Positions 9,263 through 18,720 are shown, counted from the stretch's first letter. The stretch is DNA of 64,000 nt from Candidatus Moraniibacteriota bacterium (GCA_030679895.1 JAUXSN010000047.1:65328-129327), one strand, 5' to 3'. The notes: a model not told the origin generated them from the sequence alone. A program made the numbers and translations.

Positions 9263-9691
9263 TTAATCATTAGTCCTTGAAATTTTTTCCAATATCTTGA
9301 TCAAATTCTCCTTTTCGCTGGCGTTGAGCGGAGAAAGAACCTTCTTCATCCGGTCAGCGACCATCGTCATCCCCTGAGTGAATTTTTTTTCTCCGAAACT
9401 CGTAATGTTCATGCGAACAATTCTTCTGTCGTTGCCGTCACGGATTCTTTCCACCAGCTTAGCCTCGACCAGATGATTAATAAGAGAGGTCGCTGAAGGA
9501 GGGGCGACGGACAGATATTCCGCGATATCTTTCATCAGCGGCTTATTTTCTTTGATATAGCGCAGAGTCTCAAGTTTCACCCCCGAAATATTTTCCTGCC
9601 TTTCATTGCGATATTTTTCCTTGATCATGCGGCTTACCGAAAAAATGAGCGAGATCGCCCTGTTGGTTGTTTCTTCCCGGCTTTTTGCCAT
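9263..9691 (-). CDS. MarR-family transcriptional regulator
   Basis: Winged-helix MarR pattern (TSLINHLVEAKLVERIRDGNDRRIVRMNITSFG). First gene of the efflux operon. Confidence 0.85.
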   Translation of the reverse strand: MAKSREETTNRAISLIFSVSRMIKEKYRNERQENISGVKLETLRYIKENKPLMKDIAEYLSVAPPSATSLINHLVEAKLVERIRDGNDRRIVRMNITSFGEKKFTQGMTMVADRMKKVLSPLNASEKENLIKILEKISRTND

Positions 9692-9817
9692 ATTATTAGA
9701 TATTATAATATTTAGATTACCTAATCATATAACCATGTCCGGATTCTGTCAATGGCAAACAGAAAAAGCAGGCCAGAAGCCTGCTCTCGCATTAATTTCG
9801 CAATATCTGCCCGCTTG

Positions 9818-10459
9818 CTACAGCATTCCCGTGTATAGTTTTTTATAATAAAAATCAACGTCCCGGATCCACTTGGACGCGCCCCGCCCGGTCTCCCCGG
9901 AACAGCTCCCCCCGCATTTCCAGACAAGCATTTTCCGCGGAGTGTCTATATTTTCAGCGACCAGGTTTTTTATCCGCTTTCCGACAACACTCACCGCCTG
10001 GGATCGGGACTTGAAACAGCTATATCCGGAGGCCGTTGTGTTTTCCCTTCCCCGATAGCCCCAGTAATTGAAACATTCCTTCCCGTTTTTTTTGGGCGTG
10101 CGCTTTCCCCAGTTGCTTTCTTTTTTAGCAATTGCGACCAGAAACGCCGCCACCTTTTTATCCTGCTTGGCGATATAGGGAGCCATTTTTTCAATCGGGT
10201 AATCGGAAACAACTTTGCCGATATTTTTTTCCAGTTTTGTCGGCACCCTCCGTTGGACTTGAGATATCGCTTCCGGATAAACTATATTCTGGCTTTCAAA
10301 GCAAAACGCGATAAAAAACAATGAAAAAGCGATTAAAAAACCAAAAAGAATATCTTCCGGAGTTTTGAGATATTTTTCCGTGATTTTTATTATTTTTTCT
10401 TTTTTATTTCCGCCTTCCTCGTTTCTGGAGGCGGTTCGGACAACTTTCTTTTTTCTCAT
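9818..10459 (-). CDS. membrane-anchored hypothetical protein, possibly lysozyme-like (ESNWG motif)
   Basis: One TM segment (LFGFLIAFSLFFIAFCF). AIAKKESNWGK is reminiscent of a Glu-Ser lytic transglycosylase active site. The match is weak. Confidence 0.4.
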   Translation of the reverse strand: MRKKKVVRTASRNEEGGNKKEKIIKITEKYLKTPEDILFGFLIAFSLFFIAFCFESQNIVYPEAISQVQRRVPTKLEKNIGKVVSDYPIEKMAPYIAKQDKKVAAFLVAIAKKESNWGKRTPKKNGKECFNYWGYRGRENTTASGYSCFKSRSQAVSVVGKRIKNLVAENIDTPRKMLVWKCGGSCSGETGRGASKWIRDVDFYYKKLYTGML

Positions 10460-10667
10460 AATGCTCTTTTTCGACTTTAAAACAGCAAAAAACGGGCTAT
10501 CACCCGTCTTCGTTTCTTTCTTTTTCTGATTAAATTATAGCACACATTTCATCTCGAATCAATCACCTTTTGTTTTCAAGCATTGACATGATTTAGCAAT
10601 TGATAATTGGCTCATTATGCAAAATTAAAATCCCATTTTTGGGGATTTTAATTCCTGCGCGCTCCTT

Positions 10668-11066
10668 TTATTCCGTCGCCGCACCATCGAATTCCGCTTC
10701 GTTGGCTTCAGCCTTTTCTTTGGTCGCGCGGACGATTCCGTCTTTGTGGTGCGCCGGTGAATAAATAGTGTAAAGCTTCAATTCTTCCGTTTCGGAAAGA
10801 TTGACGACATTATGCTGCGCTCCCGCCGGCACGACTATGGCTGATCCGTCGGTGACATCATATTCGTTGCCGTCAATGACGCATTTGCCCTGCCCTTTTT
10901 CAAAGCGGAAAAACTGGTCGTTTTCCGGGTGGACTTCCAAGCCGATTTCTTCTTTGGGCGCGAGATTCATCAGCACTAACTGGCTGTGTTTTCCGGTATA
11001 AAGCACTTTGCGGAAATTGCTGTTTTCCAAAGTGTCTTTTTCGATATTCGCATTGAATCCTTTCAT
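10668..11066 (-). CDS. cupin-domain protein
   Basis: Cupin_2-like motifs (GLEVHPENDQFFRFEKGQG...VVPAGAQHNVVN). Confidence 0.7.
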   Translation of the reverse strand: MKGFNANIEKDTLENSNFRKVLYTGKHSQLVLMNLAPKEEIGLEVHPENDQFFRFEKGQGKCVIDGNEYDVTDGSAIVVPAGAQHNVVNLSETEELKLYTIYSPAHHKDGIVRATKEKAEANEAEFDGAATE

Positions 11067-11196
11067 TATTTTTTTTATTAAAAATTAGCTTCTTAATTGT
11101 ATTACATAAAATAAAAAAAGAAAAATTCATTTCCCGTAAACATCGGCCAGACGCTATCAATGATTCCGCCTAACAACCTCGGATATTAGAAAATAT

Positions 11197-11448
11197 TCAA
11201 GGACAACTTTCTTCCCACGTTCGCAGACATTTCTTTTTTTGTTCGCACCAGCTGTACCCGGCCGGGATGAGGCATCCGTGTTCGTCTTTTTGTCCTCCGA
11301 TGGATTCGGGAGCGTTTTCTTTGTTTTCAGCTGACGGAGCCACGTCCACTGAGCTATTTTTGTCCTCATCGCTTCTCAATTTAACTACAACCGCGGCAGC
11401 GATAAGCAGCAGCGCCAAAACCGCGATAATGATAATTATTTTTTTCAT
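11197..11448 (-). CDS. small secreted Cys-containing protein
   Basis: Signal peptide MKKIIIIIAVLALLLIAAAVVV. The mature part carries four Cys (GCLIPAGYSWCEQKKKCLRTWEESC). Confidence 0.5.
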   Translation of the reverse strand: MKKIIIIIAVLALLLIAAAVVVKLRSDEDKNSSVDVAPSAENKENAPESIGGQKDEHGCLIPAGYSWCEQKKKCLRTWEESCP

Positions 11449-11680
11449 AAGAGCTGATTAAAATTATAGCCTATCAAGACATCGAAGAATGTAGAGATAT
11501 TGCCTATTCTCATTATACAGCATCCCAAAAAAACTTGTCCGCTTGTCATGGCGGGCGTAAAAAAGTCCGCATGCCCGGATTGCATTGTTTTAAGCGCTGT
11601 GCTAAATTGTTTTGACACTTTGAAAGTGTCTGGGTCTATCAAAGAAGCTGGCCGAATGTTTGGAAATCCGGAGGGAAAAA

Positions 11681-11911
11681 ATGGATACTCAAAAAACTTT
11701 GAAAATTTTGTTTGTAGGTTTTGGACACGTCAGCCTTCTCATAAGGGAAGAAGCCCATGAGCACGGAGGGCATCTCGTCGAAACTGAATTTTCACCTGAA
11801 GAGGCGAGGGTACGCCTTTCCGAAAAAAATCACGCTTTCAACCTCTTGTCAAGTACCCCTTTTTTCGCCGGAATTCGAGCAATGAATCTATTTTCTAACA
11901 TCGGATGTTAG
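11681..11911 (+). CDS. small hypothetical protein
   Basis: A GGAGGG Shine-Dalgarno sits 7 nt upstream of ATG 11681 (MDTQKTLKILFVGFGHV...). No homology recognised. Confidence 0.3.
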   Translation: MDTQKTLKILFVGFGHVSLLIREEAHEHGGHLVETEFSPEEARVRLSEKNHAFNLLSSTPFFAGIRAMNLFSNIGC

Positions 11912-12155
11912 GAAGTGGCCAGCCTCAACGGCTTGCGAGTAAAAGTCAACTATTTCATCGACAATTTTCCCAATTTGTGTTCTCCCTGAGCATTTCCAAC
12001 CAACGGTATTTGGCTTTTGCGAAATACACCACAAGAACCTTACTGTCATTTGCCACTGACAACATCTTTTTGAAAAAATGCCTATTATGAATATTATTTT
12101 TCTTTGTTTCCCCGCCGTGGAGAATGTATTTGGTCATACTTATGCTTATCAATTT

Positions 12156-12205
12156 CTCCCCCGCCGGGATTTGAGGTTCCGGATTGCCCGCCAAGGTTCA
12201 ACCTT
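12156..12205. repeat. composite intergenic repeat: CCCCCGCCGGgatttgagGTTCCGG hairpin plus aaggttcaacctt palindrome
   Basis: Near-identical copy at 14571-14622 (cccccgccggaatttgagctccgg plus cctaaagttcaactttagg). Confidence 0.7.
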
Positions 12206-12213
12206 ATTTAAGC

Positions 12214-12864
12214 TTATTTCGCGCAAATAAATGCGGATTCAGTTCCAATGTTGGATATAAATTTTATGAAAAAGAAATAAGTGGGATTTATGTATGTCCA
12301 GTTTTTCACGATTTTAAATCCCGTCTTTTCAAGAAGCTTCATCATATCTTTATGGAGAAAAAGGCCAATATGATGTTCTTTTTTATCCGCATATCCGAAA
12401 ACTTTTTTTCTGAATGAATTAAGATTAGGCGTATTGATATATAATATCCCCTCTCTTTTCAATGCCTTGAAAATGTTTTTCAGCGCCTTTTCAGGGTGCT
12501 CCAAGTGCTCTAGAACGTCGTTGCACGTGATTATATCAAAAGTTTCTTCGGGAAATGGCAGTTCGTCCTCTGCGTTAGCCACTATAAATTTCGCATCTGG
12601 CAGCTTTTGCCTCGCCACGCCTATTGCGTATTCTGACACATCAACCCCGAACTTTTCAAATGAATCTGGAAATCTTTGCAGTATGAAACCAAAGGCGCAT
12701 CCGACGTCCAGCACCTTCCCTGCTCCAAGTTTTTTGATATAAGGTTTGAGCGGTTTGAAGATAGTGTCAAAATAAAATTTTGCGAAATTTCCATAGCCCA
12801 GCTTATAAAAGAATGATTTCTTGCCATCGAAATACTCTTTGTTATATATTTCTTTATAATTCAT
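12214..12864 (-). CDS. class I SAM-dependent methyltransferase
   Basis: Motif I VLDVGCAFGFILQRF. Methyltransf_11-like layout. Confidence 0.85.
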   Translation of the reverse strand: MNYKEIYNKEYFDGKKSFFYKLGYGNFAKFYFDTIFKPLKPYIKKLGAGKVLDVGCAFGFILQRFPDSFEKFGVDVSEYAIGVARQKLPDAKFIVANAEDELPFPEETFDIITCNDVLEHLEHPEKALKNIFKALKREGILYINTPNLNSFRKKVFGYADKKEHHIGLFLHKDMMKLLEKTGFKIVKNWTYINPTYFFFIKFISNIGTESAFICAK

Positions 12865-12877
12865 AGCTTGTAATTCT

Positions 12878-12984
12878 GCTAAGGCTAAGCCTTAGCGAAG
12901 GTTAGTTGTTACGTAACATGTTACGTAACACAGACTCGGGGAGGCTAGTTTTTTTAACATCTATTTTCCAACATTCGATGTTGG
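12878..12984. repeat. two intergenic palindromes (gctaaggctAagccttagc; ccaacattCGatgttgg)
   Basis: Read directly. Same family as 1212-1230 and 5887-5907. Confidence 0.7.
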
Positions 12985-13002
12985 GAAGCGGCTAGAAAGG
13001 AA

Positions 13003-14154
13003 CTACAGATATCCTAGCACTTCGTAAACAAGCCTCCAAAGCTGAAAGACTTCCGGCAAATATTCCTTGAAGAAACTTGCAAACGTCAGGGGAGGAAAAA
13101 TTGGATTTACATGGGAGAAAATTTTTAGAAGGTAAAGCTGTGTTCGCGTCTTGTTCTTAAAAACATCATAAAGTTCAACCGACTGGCTAAAGGGAATGAC
13201 ATTGTCGTTGAGGCTGTGAACGACAAACAAATCAGCCGGAATGTTTTCAACTTGTTTTGCGGGATCGAGTTTCAAAATAAAATCTTTCAATTCCTGGGGA
13301 AGACTGTCGGTTAGTTCATTGACTCTTGCGGGATCGGTGTTCGTTATGAGATCAAAAATGGATTTTCCTTCGGCAGAAAGCCTGCCCGACATATCAGAAG
13401 TGTCTGCAGCCGGGTCGGCAATTTTAATTTGAGCAATTTGTTTTAAAAGTTCGGCATCTTCGCGATTCTTGATAAAATCGGCATAGTATCTCACAAAAAA
13501 CCAGCGGCTTTGCGGATCCGGCTCAATGAAATAGTCCTTTCCCTGATAGAAGAAGTGGCCGGTGGTGCAAAAGCCAATCACCTCGCGAAGATCGTAGTAG
13601 CCTCCGAAACTGATCATGAATTTGGTCGGGATTTGGTTTTGCAGATTCGAAACGGCGATCATTGCCGGTCCCGAACCGATGCTGAATCCCAAGACGCCGA
13701 TTTTCTCCGGCGCGATAATATCTTTGCGCTGGGAGATGTACTCGATGCTTTTTTCAATTTCCGAAATTGCTTTTGGATTAAGTTTGCCCGGACTCATATC
13801 AGGCAGTTGGGGGACCAAGACCGCAAAGCCCGCCCGAGAAAATGACCTGGCCAGGCTGTCCAAACGGGGGTCGTCTTTTCCCAGCTCGTTCACTCCGTGG
13901 ACATAAACCAGTGCCGCTTGCTTCCCTTTCTTTTTTGGCCGATAGAGATTGGTTTCAATCTTTTCTCCGTTGAAATCAATTTCAGGGTGTTCGACAACTA
14001 TATCTTTTCCTGCATAATCCAGCCATTTGGTTTTAGTTTGGGGAACAAGATCATGAATTACCAAAAGAGCCAGCAGTCCCCTTCGAACTTGGGGGAAAGA
14101 AAGCGCAACAAGCATTAAAACCAGGAAAATTATTGCAATTTTCTTCATAAACAT
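13003..14154 (-). CDS. secreted or membrane-anchored alpha/beta hydrolase (dienelactone hydrolase/peptidase S9-like)
   Basis: N-terminal signal anchor. GFSIGSG nucleophile elbow (GxSxG). Downstream catalytic His region. Confidence 0.75.
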   Translation of the reverse strand: MFMKKIAIIFLVLMLVALSFPQVRRGLLALLVIHDLVPQTKTKWLDYAGKDIVVEHPEIDFNGEKIETNLYRPKKKGKQAALVYVHGVNELGKDDPRLDSLARSFSRAGFAVLVPQLPDMSPGKLNPKAISEIEKSIEYISQRKDIIAPEKIGVLGFSIGSGPAMIAVSNLQNQIPTKFMISFGGYYDLREVIGFCTTGHFFYQGKDYFIEPDPQSRWFFVRYYADFIKNREDAELLKQIAQIKIADPAADTSDMSGRLSAEGKSIFDLITNTDPARVNELTDSLPQELKDFILKLDPAKQVENIPADLFVVHSLNDNVIPFSQSVELYDVFKNKTRTQLYLLKIFSHVNPIFPPLTFASFFKEYLPEVFQLWRLVYEVLGYL

Positions 14155-14173
14155 CGCTTAGGCGAAGACCTGA

Positions 14174-14455
14174 TCAAAGTTTGAACAATCTTCGCAGTTC
14201 TCCCTTTGCCTGCTCCAGAGTTTCTTTCCTTTCCGGATCAAGATTTTTTCCGGCGCGGTTGATATAAAAATTCAGCATTGACATCGCCGATTGAAACGGC
14301 GTTCCTTTCCGATGTATGCTCTCCTCGGCTGATCTTTTGAGGGATCTCGCAATTTTTTTCGGATCGTCCCAAGTGAAAACGCCTTTTTCCAAATCAAGAG
14401 CAGAGCTATGTCGGGTCACATAACGGGACCAGTATTTGCTTTTTGGTCTTTTCAT
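14174..14455 (-). CDS. DUF3175-family protein
   Basis: SALDLEKGVFTWDDPKKIARSLKRSAEESIHRKGTPFQSAMSMLNFYINRAGKNL matches the DUF3175 pattern. Confidence 0.65.
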   Translation of the reverse strand: MKRPKSKYWSRYVTRHSSALDLEKGVFTWDDPKKIARSLKRSAEESIHRKGTPFQSAMSMLNFYINRAGKNLDPERKETLEQAKGELRRLFKL

Positions 14456-14570
14456 CGGTTCTGGTTATTATGCCGGCCCAAATTTTACCGCCGGTTTAAT
14501 TTCTTGGAAGGGAAACTATGGCAAAGTTTTGATTTTTAAGTTTATTTTGTTGTTTTTCAAATTTTTCTTT

Positions 14571-14622
14571 CCCCCGCCGGAATTTGAGCTCCGGGTTTTT
14601 ATTCCTAAAGTTCAACTTTAGG
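14571..14622. repeat. composite intergenic repeat (copy of 12156-12205): cccccgccggaatttgagctccgg plus cctaaagttCaactttagg
   Basis: Direct sequence comparison. Lies downstream of the thpR stop. Confidence 0.75.
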
Positions 14623-14654
14623 AAATATTATGATAGACTTACCATTCTTTGGTA

Positions 14655-15203
14655 TTAGAATGCTAACGGAAATGATTCTAAAACGTAATATATCCGCTTC
14701 CCTTTCTCGTATTTGCTCTCAAAAAGCTCCACAGATAATACCGGAACGCTGAAATTTATTTCTCTCTTTAATTCAAAATCCTGTTGAATCACGTCTCGGC
14801 TGCCTTTTTTTATTCTTCCCAATGTGATATGAGGAATATATTTTCTTCGTTTCTTATATACTTCGCCCAAACTTTTATCAAGTCTGCTTTTCAGAGTGTT
14901 AAGCTCTTGATCCTCTTTACCTGTAATCCACATAAGCCGCTTTGATTTTTCGCTCGGACCCGCTTCAACGCAAAAAAATTCCAATTCAAAGCTTTTCTGT
15001 TTCGAGGTGGCTTCCCGGATTGCATCGCGTAATTCCGGAATCTTTTCTTCCAGTGTAAAGCCGAGAAAATTTAACGTAATATGATAATTCTCTTTACGCG
15101 ACCACGCAACTGGAAGTTTCTTAAGCTCTTTTTCAACGAAATGAAAAATGCGCTTTTTGATGTCATCCGGAATGGAAATTCCGACAAATATGCGCCTTTG
15201 CAT
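14655..15203 (-). CDS. thpR: RNA 2',3'-cyclic phosphodiesterase (2H phosphoesterase, ThpR/LigT)
   Basis: Two H-x-T/S-x motifs (YHITLNFLGF and PHITLGRIK). Confidence 0.8.
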   Translation of the reverse strand: MQRRIFVGISIPDDIKKRIFHFVEKELKKLPVAWSRKENYHITLNFLGFTLEEKIPELRDAIREATSKQKSFELEFFCVEAGPSEKSKRLMWITGKEDQELNTLKSRLDKSLGEVYKKRRKYIPHITLGRIKKGSRDVIQQDFELKREINFSVPVLSVELFESKYEKGKRIYYVLESFPLAF

Positions 15204-15279
15204 ATGGCTTTCCTTTCCCGGCTCACGCCGTTAATTTTTAATCTTAGGTTCAACATTAGCAAAGCTTAGCGAGGCTCGC

Positions 15280-15981
15280 TTAAATTTTCTTTGATTTTTT
15301 GATCAATTCCATTTTTTCAGATTTCTTCAGCTTTTTGATCCGGGCTTCTTCCCGAGAGGCCGAGGATTGATCTTTGAACTTTCGCGAATATACCAGCCTG
15401 ACCGGCCGGCGGGCCGAAGTATATTTCGAGCCCAGCTTCGAGTCGTTATGCTCGGCAATTCTCCGTCCAAGATCCGTGGTGATCCCGGTGTATAAAGTTT
15501 TGTCAGCGCATTCAAGGATATATAAATAATACAGTTTTTTAATATTTGATTTTGGAGCGGGTTGAGCGCGCATTTTGGAAAAAAATTTTTCAGGATCGAT
15601 GAAATTTTTGAAATTTTTGATCGCCACTTTTCCCCGGCTGATGTCGATATGCAGGTGCGGACCTTTTGTCAGTTTTCCGGTGTTTCCCGTCAGGCCCAAA
15701 ATTGCTCCTTTTTTGTATCTCCCGACTTTCGAAAAACTCTTGAGATGCATGAACCGCAGGATGACTTTCCCATAGCGCGAATCAACGAGTGCGGCATGAA
15801 CCGTATTTCCCCCTTCAGGAAAATTTCCAGCGACAACAATTTCGCAATCGTCCGGCGCATAGACCGCCGTCCCCTCGGGCACGATATAGTCCGCGCCGAG
15901 ATGACGCGCGGAATAGAAAGTCTTTTCGCCGAATCTATATCCCCGCTTGATCCTATTCCAGTTTTTCAAAGGATACCGCAT
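15280..15981 (-). CDS. fusion protein: N-terminal M23 (LytM) peptidase domain plus C-terminal GIY-YIG nuclease domain (YhbQ/UPF0213 type)
   Basis: M23 motifs HLGADY, TGNTG and GPHLHIDI. GIY-YIG motif KKLYYLYILECADKTLYTGITTDLGRRIAEHN...GSKYTSARRPVRLVY. One uninterrupted ORF. Confidence 0.75.
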   Translation of the reverse strand: MRYPLKNWNRIKRGYRFGEKTFYSARHLGADYIVPEGTAVYAPDDCEIVVAGNFPEGGNTVHAALVDSRYGKVILRFMHLKSFSKVGRYKKGAILGLTGNTGKLTKGPHLHIDISRGKVAIKNFKNFIDPEKFFSKMRAQPAPKSNIKKLYYLYILECADKTLYTGITTDLGRRIAEHNDSKLGSKYTSARRPVRLVYSRKFKDQSSASREEARIKKLKKSEKMELIKKSKKI

Positions 15982-16103
15982 ATTTTTTTAAGGCTAAGTC
16001 TTGGCGAATCTTGTTTGTTACATAACACATTTCTTACCTCATCCTACCAAAAACCCCTTTATTTTTCAAATATAAAGAGGCTGCCCAATTTGCCAATTAA
16101 GAA

Positions 16104-17099
16104 ATGTATGCTAGATTAAACAAACGCAAAATTGCTCTTACAAAACCAAATATCAGGAGGCTCCCGGTGAAAGGACTAAGCCCGCAATGTGGTGGCTCTG
16201 CTCCTTTTGTTGAGGAGCAGTCAATTGGAATTCCGGAAAAGAGCGGCCATCCGAGAGTTCAAAAATATCCCGAGACAGACCAGGCGATGCTGCGACTCGC
16301 GGAGCTTCTCTGGACGGAAAATTTTTTTCGGAGGATATATCCCCTTTTGAAGAGCGAGATCGCTTTGCTGTATCATCCAAGAGTCCTGGTCAAGGGATTA
16401 TACCTCCTCAATCCCCGTCAGAGAAATATGCTTCTTTTCTTCGAAAAAAGTGGCCGGGAGCTGGCGGCTGAGTTGAAAATTCATGAGGCTTCCGCCAGCG
16501 CGCTCCGGACACAGTCTTTCCGGCGTTTGGCTACTGCCATAAGCGATCAGAGGGCGTTTATTTTATCCCTTGGAGAGAGACTTGGCTCGCAGAGCGTGCC
16601 GATCAGTCTTCTCCCGGCTCGGCCAGCTTCAGTCAGAAGAAGCTGCGCTGAAAACAAGGGACGGCGCCTGGCAAGGATCTCGGCGGTTCTCCGCCCTGCG
16701 CTTGATTGGTTGCCAGCCAGTGAGGAACTTTCTTTTTTGGGGCCCGTTCGAAAAAAGCGCAAATGGCTGAGCAGGGTCATACTAGCCAAAGCTCCCCAGC
16801 TGAAACCCGAACAAGCGAATCAAAAAAAATTGGCTCAAGCCGTGAAAAATCCCGTTGATGGATGGAAAAGAGATTTTCTGCTGAACGAGCTCGGGATAAA
16901 GGCCTTAGTTTCCAAGGAGGATTGGAGAGAGGCCTTTCAGAGCTTGTCTGGATCCGAAAGAGATGTTGTGCGGTTTTGTCTTGCGAAGGGAAATAGTTTC
17001 ACTGCTTTTTCCCGCGAAAAATATGGCACTCCGCCATATGCGCGTTCAACTTATCAAAGGGCGAAGCGCAAATTACAGGAGGCATTTTCAAATCCGTAA
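16104..17099 (+). CDS. hypothetical protein with two sigma-70 region-4/LuxR-like HTH segments; GC-richer than the surroundings
   Basis: LNPRQRNMLLFFEKSGRELAAELKIHEASASALRTQSFRRL and LSGSERDVVRFCLAKGNSFTAFSREKYGTPPYARSTYQRAKRKL resemble region-4 HTHs. This is inference only. Confidence 0.4.
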   Translation: MYARLNKRKIALTKPNIRRLPVKGLSPQCGGSAPFVEEQSIGIPEKSGHPRVQKYPETDQAMLRLAELLWTENFFRRIYPLLKSEIALLYHPRVLVKGLYLLNPRQRNMLLFFEKSGRELAAELKIHEASASALRTQSFRRLATAISDQRAFILSLGERLGSQSVPISLLPARPASVRRSCAENKGRRLARISAVLRPALDWLPASEELSFLGPVRKKRKWLSRVILAKAPQLKPEQANQKKLAQAVKNPVDGWKRDFLLNELGIKALVSKEDWREAFQSLSGSERDVVRFCLAKGNSFTAFSREKYGTPPYARSTYQRAKRKLQEAFSNP

Positions 17100-17474
17100 T
17101 ACGGATAACAGATTGAATAAAAAAACAGGCGGTATCCGCGAGGATAGCCGCCTTTTATTTTATATTATTTCCCAATTCATCAAATGTCGGATCCCGAAAA
17201 TTATCCGGCATATTTCAAAAGTAGCCACACGGCTTTTTCAAATAAAAGAGGGACAGGCCATTTGGCCGGTCCCCGGAACTGTAAAGCTGATCGAAGAATT
17301 CGATCAATAAGACTGGAAAGATGAACCGTCAGAGGGTCTTCCGCCACTCTGATGAAGAGGCTGCTGTTCAGCAGCTAATTTCTGGGGCTGCTTTTCTTGA
17401 GCCGCCTTCCCACCGTCTTTACGGTCTGAATTTTCCGGCATACCGCCCGCCCTCCTTTGGCGCATAAGTCAGTT

Positions 17475-18386
17475 TCACAACTCTTCATTGAGCAGGTCAT
17501 CGATGGCTTTTGCCGTTATGCCCGGGTGGAACAAAGTCGGGTTGTGATGATTCCCGGGAATTATATTCCACCCGATCTTTTCATCCGGTACGGCTTGTTG
17601 GATCAGGGCAAAGCTTCCCCACGGAGGGTAAACAGTGTCCCGGCCGCCGGAAAGAAAGATGATCCGCGAAGGTACCCTCTTCAGAGTTTCGAGGAGGCCT
17701 CCGCGGCAAATTTCCTGAAATTCAGCCCATCTCAGCCTCAATCTTCCCCACCAAGGGCTTTTTTGCGCCCCGCAGAAATTGATCAAGACTTCGAGATCGT
17801 CGTCCTGGCTTTCGGCTGAACGAGAATATTCCTTGCGTAGCCGGATGCCCGATGCCGCAAATCTCCATAGCAGGGCAATTTTTCCGAAGAAGCCAACCTC
17901 CTCGAGGCCCGAGGGATGAAGAAGCACGAGTTTTTCGCACACCTCCCTATTTATCCGGGCCGCCTCGGCCAAAACTTCCGCACCCATCGAATGGCCGATA
18001 AAATAAGCCTTATGGATTGCAAATGTCTGGAGAACCGCTAAAACAATACCGGAATGATGACTACAAAGATCTTTTCGCCAGTATCGCGGCGGCGGATTTT
18101 CCGATTCCCCGTAGCCCGGAAGGGATATGAGGATAACCCTGTAGCCTAGACAGGCCAGCGAAAAAGCCAGCGGCAGGATTCCTTCCCAGCCGGAACCCCA
18201 ACCCGTCAGGAGAAGGATCGGCATGGATTTTTTCAGCGAAGGCTCGACTTCAACCGAGACATCCCGAAAATCAGTCCCTAAACTCATGCCGTCGGTATAG
18301 AACGGCAAATAATACTTCTTCTCAAGCCGTGTCAAGAATTCCTGGAGATGTTTCTTGAGTTGTGCTGCCATGGCGCCCCCTCCCAA
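17475..18386 (-). CDS. alpha/beta hydrolase fold protein
   Basis: GHSMGAEV nucleophile elbow. PILLLTGWGSGWEG oxyanion region. Confidence 0.7.
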   Translation of the reverse strand: MGGGAMAAQLKKHLQEFLTRLEKKYYLPFYTDGMSLGTDFRDVSVEVEPSLKKSMPILLLTGWGSGWEGILPLAFSLACLGYRVILISLPGYGESENPPPRYWRKDLCSHHSGIVLAVLQTFAIHKAYFIGHSMGAEVLAEAARINREVCEKLVLLHPSGLEEVGFFGKIALLWRFAASGIRLRKEYSRSAESQDDDLEVLINFCGAQKSPWWGRLRLRWAEFQEICRGGLLETLKRVPSRIIFLSGGRDTVYPPWGSFALIQQAVPDEKIGWNIIPGNHHNPTLFHPGITAKAIDDLLNEEL

Positions 18387-18591
18387 TTTTAGTTATTGGA
18401 TTTTGAATTATTTTTTCTATTCGGATTTTAAATAACTGTGATTATTTTTTATATCAGGAAAACAAAAATTTTGCAAAAAAATATTGAAGGACAAAAAAAC
18501 ACGCCGCTGAAGCATGCTCTTTGTTTTCCATAATTTGGATCGTGCTTACGGCCAAAATTGAAACTTTTTCTCTCTGCCAAAAAACTTTTTG

Positions 18592-18663
18592 AGCGGGTGA
18601 AGGGAATCGAACCCTCGTCCTCAGGTTGGAAACCTGATGTAATAGCCACTATACAACACCCGC
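18592..18663 (-). tRNA. tRNA-Gly(TCC)
   Basis: Reverse complement folds as a cloverleaf. Acceptor GCGGGTG/CACCCGC. Anticodon stem tcagg/cctga with loop TTTCCAA. T-loop GGTTCGATTCC. U73. Confidence 0.85.
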
Positions 18664-18720
18664 CTGTTAAGATTTTAAACTTATTGTAAATTGAATCTTC
18701 GAAATTGTAAATTTTGATTT

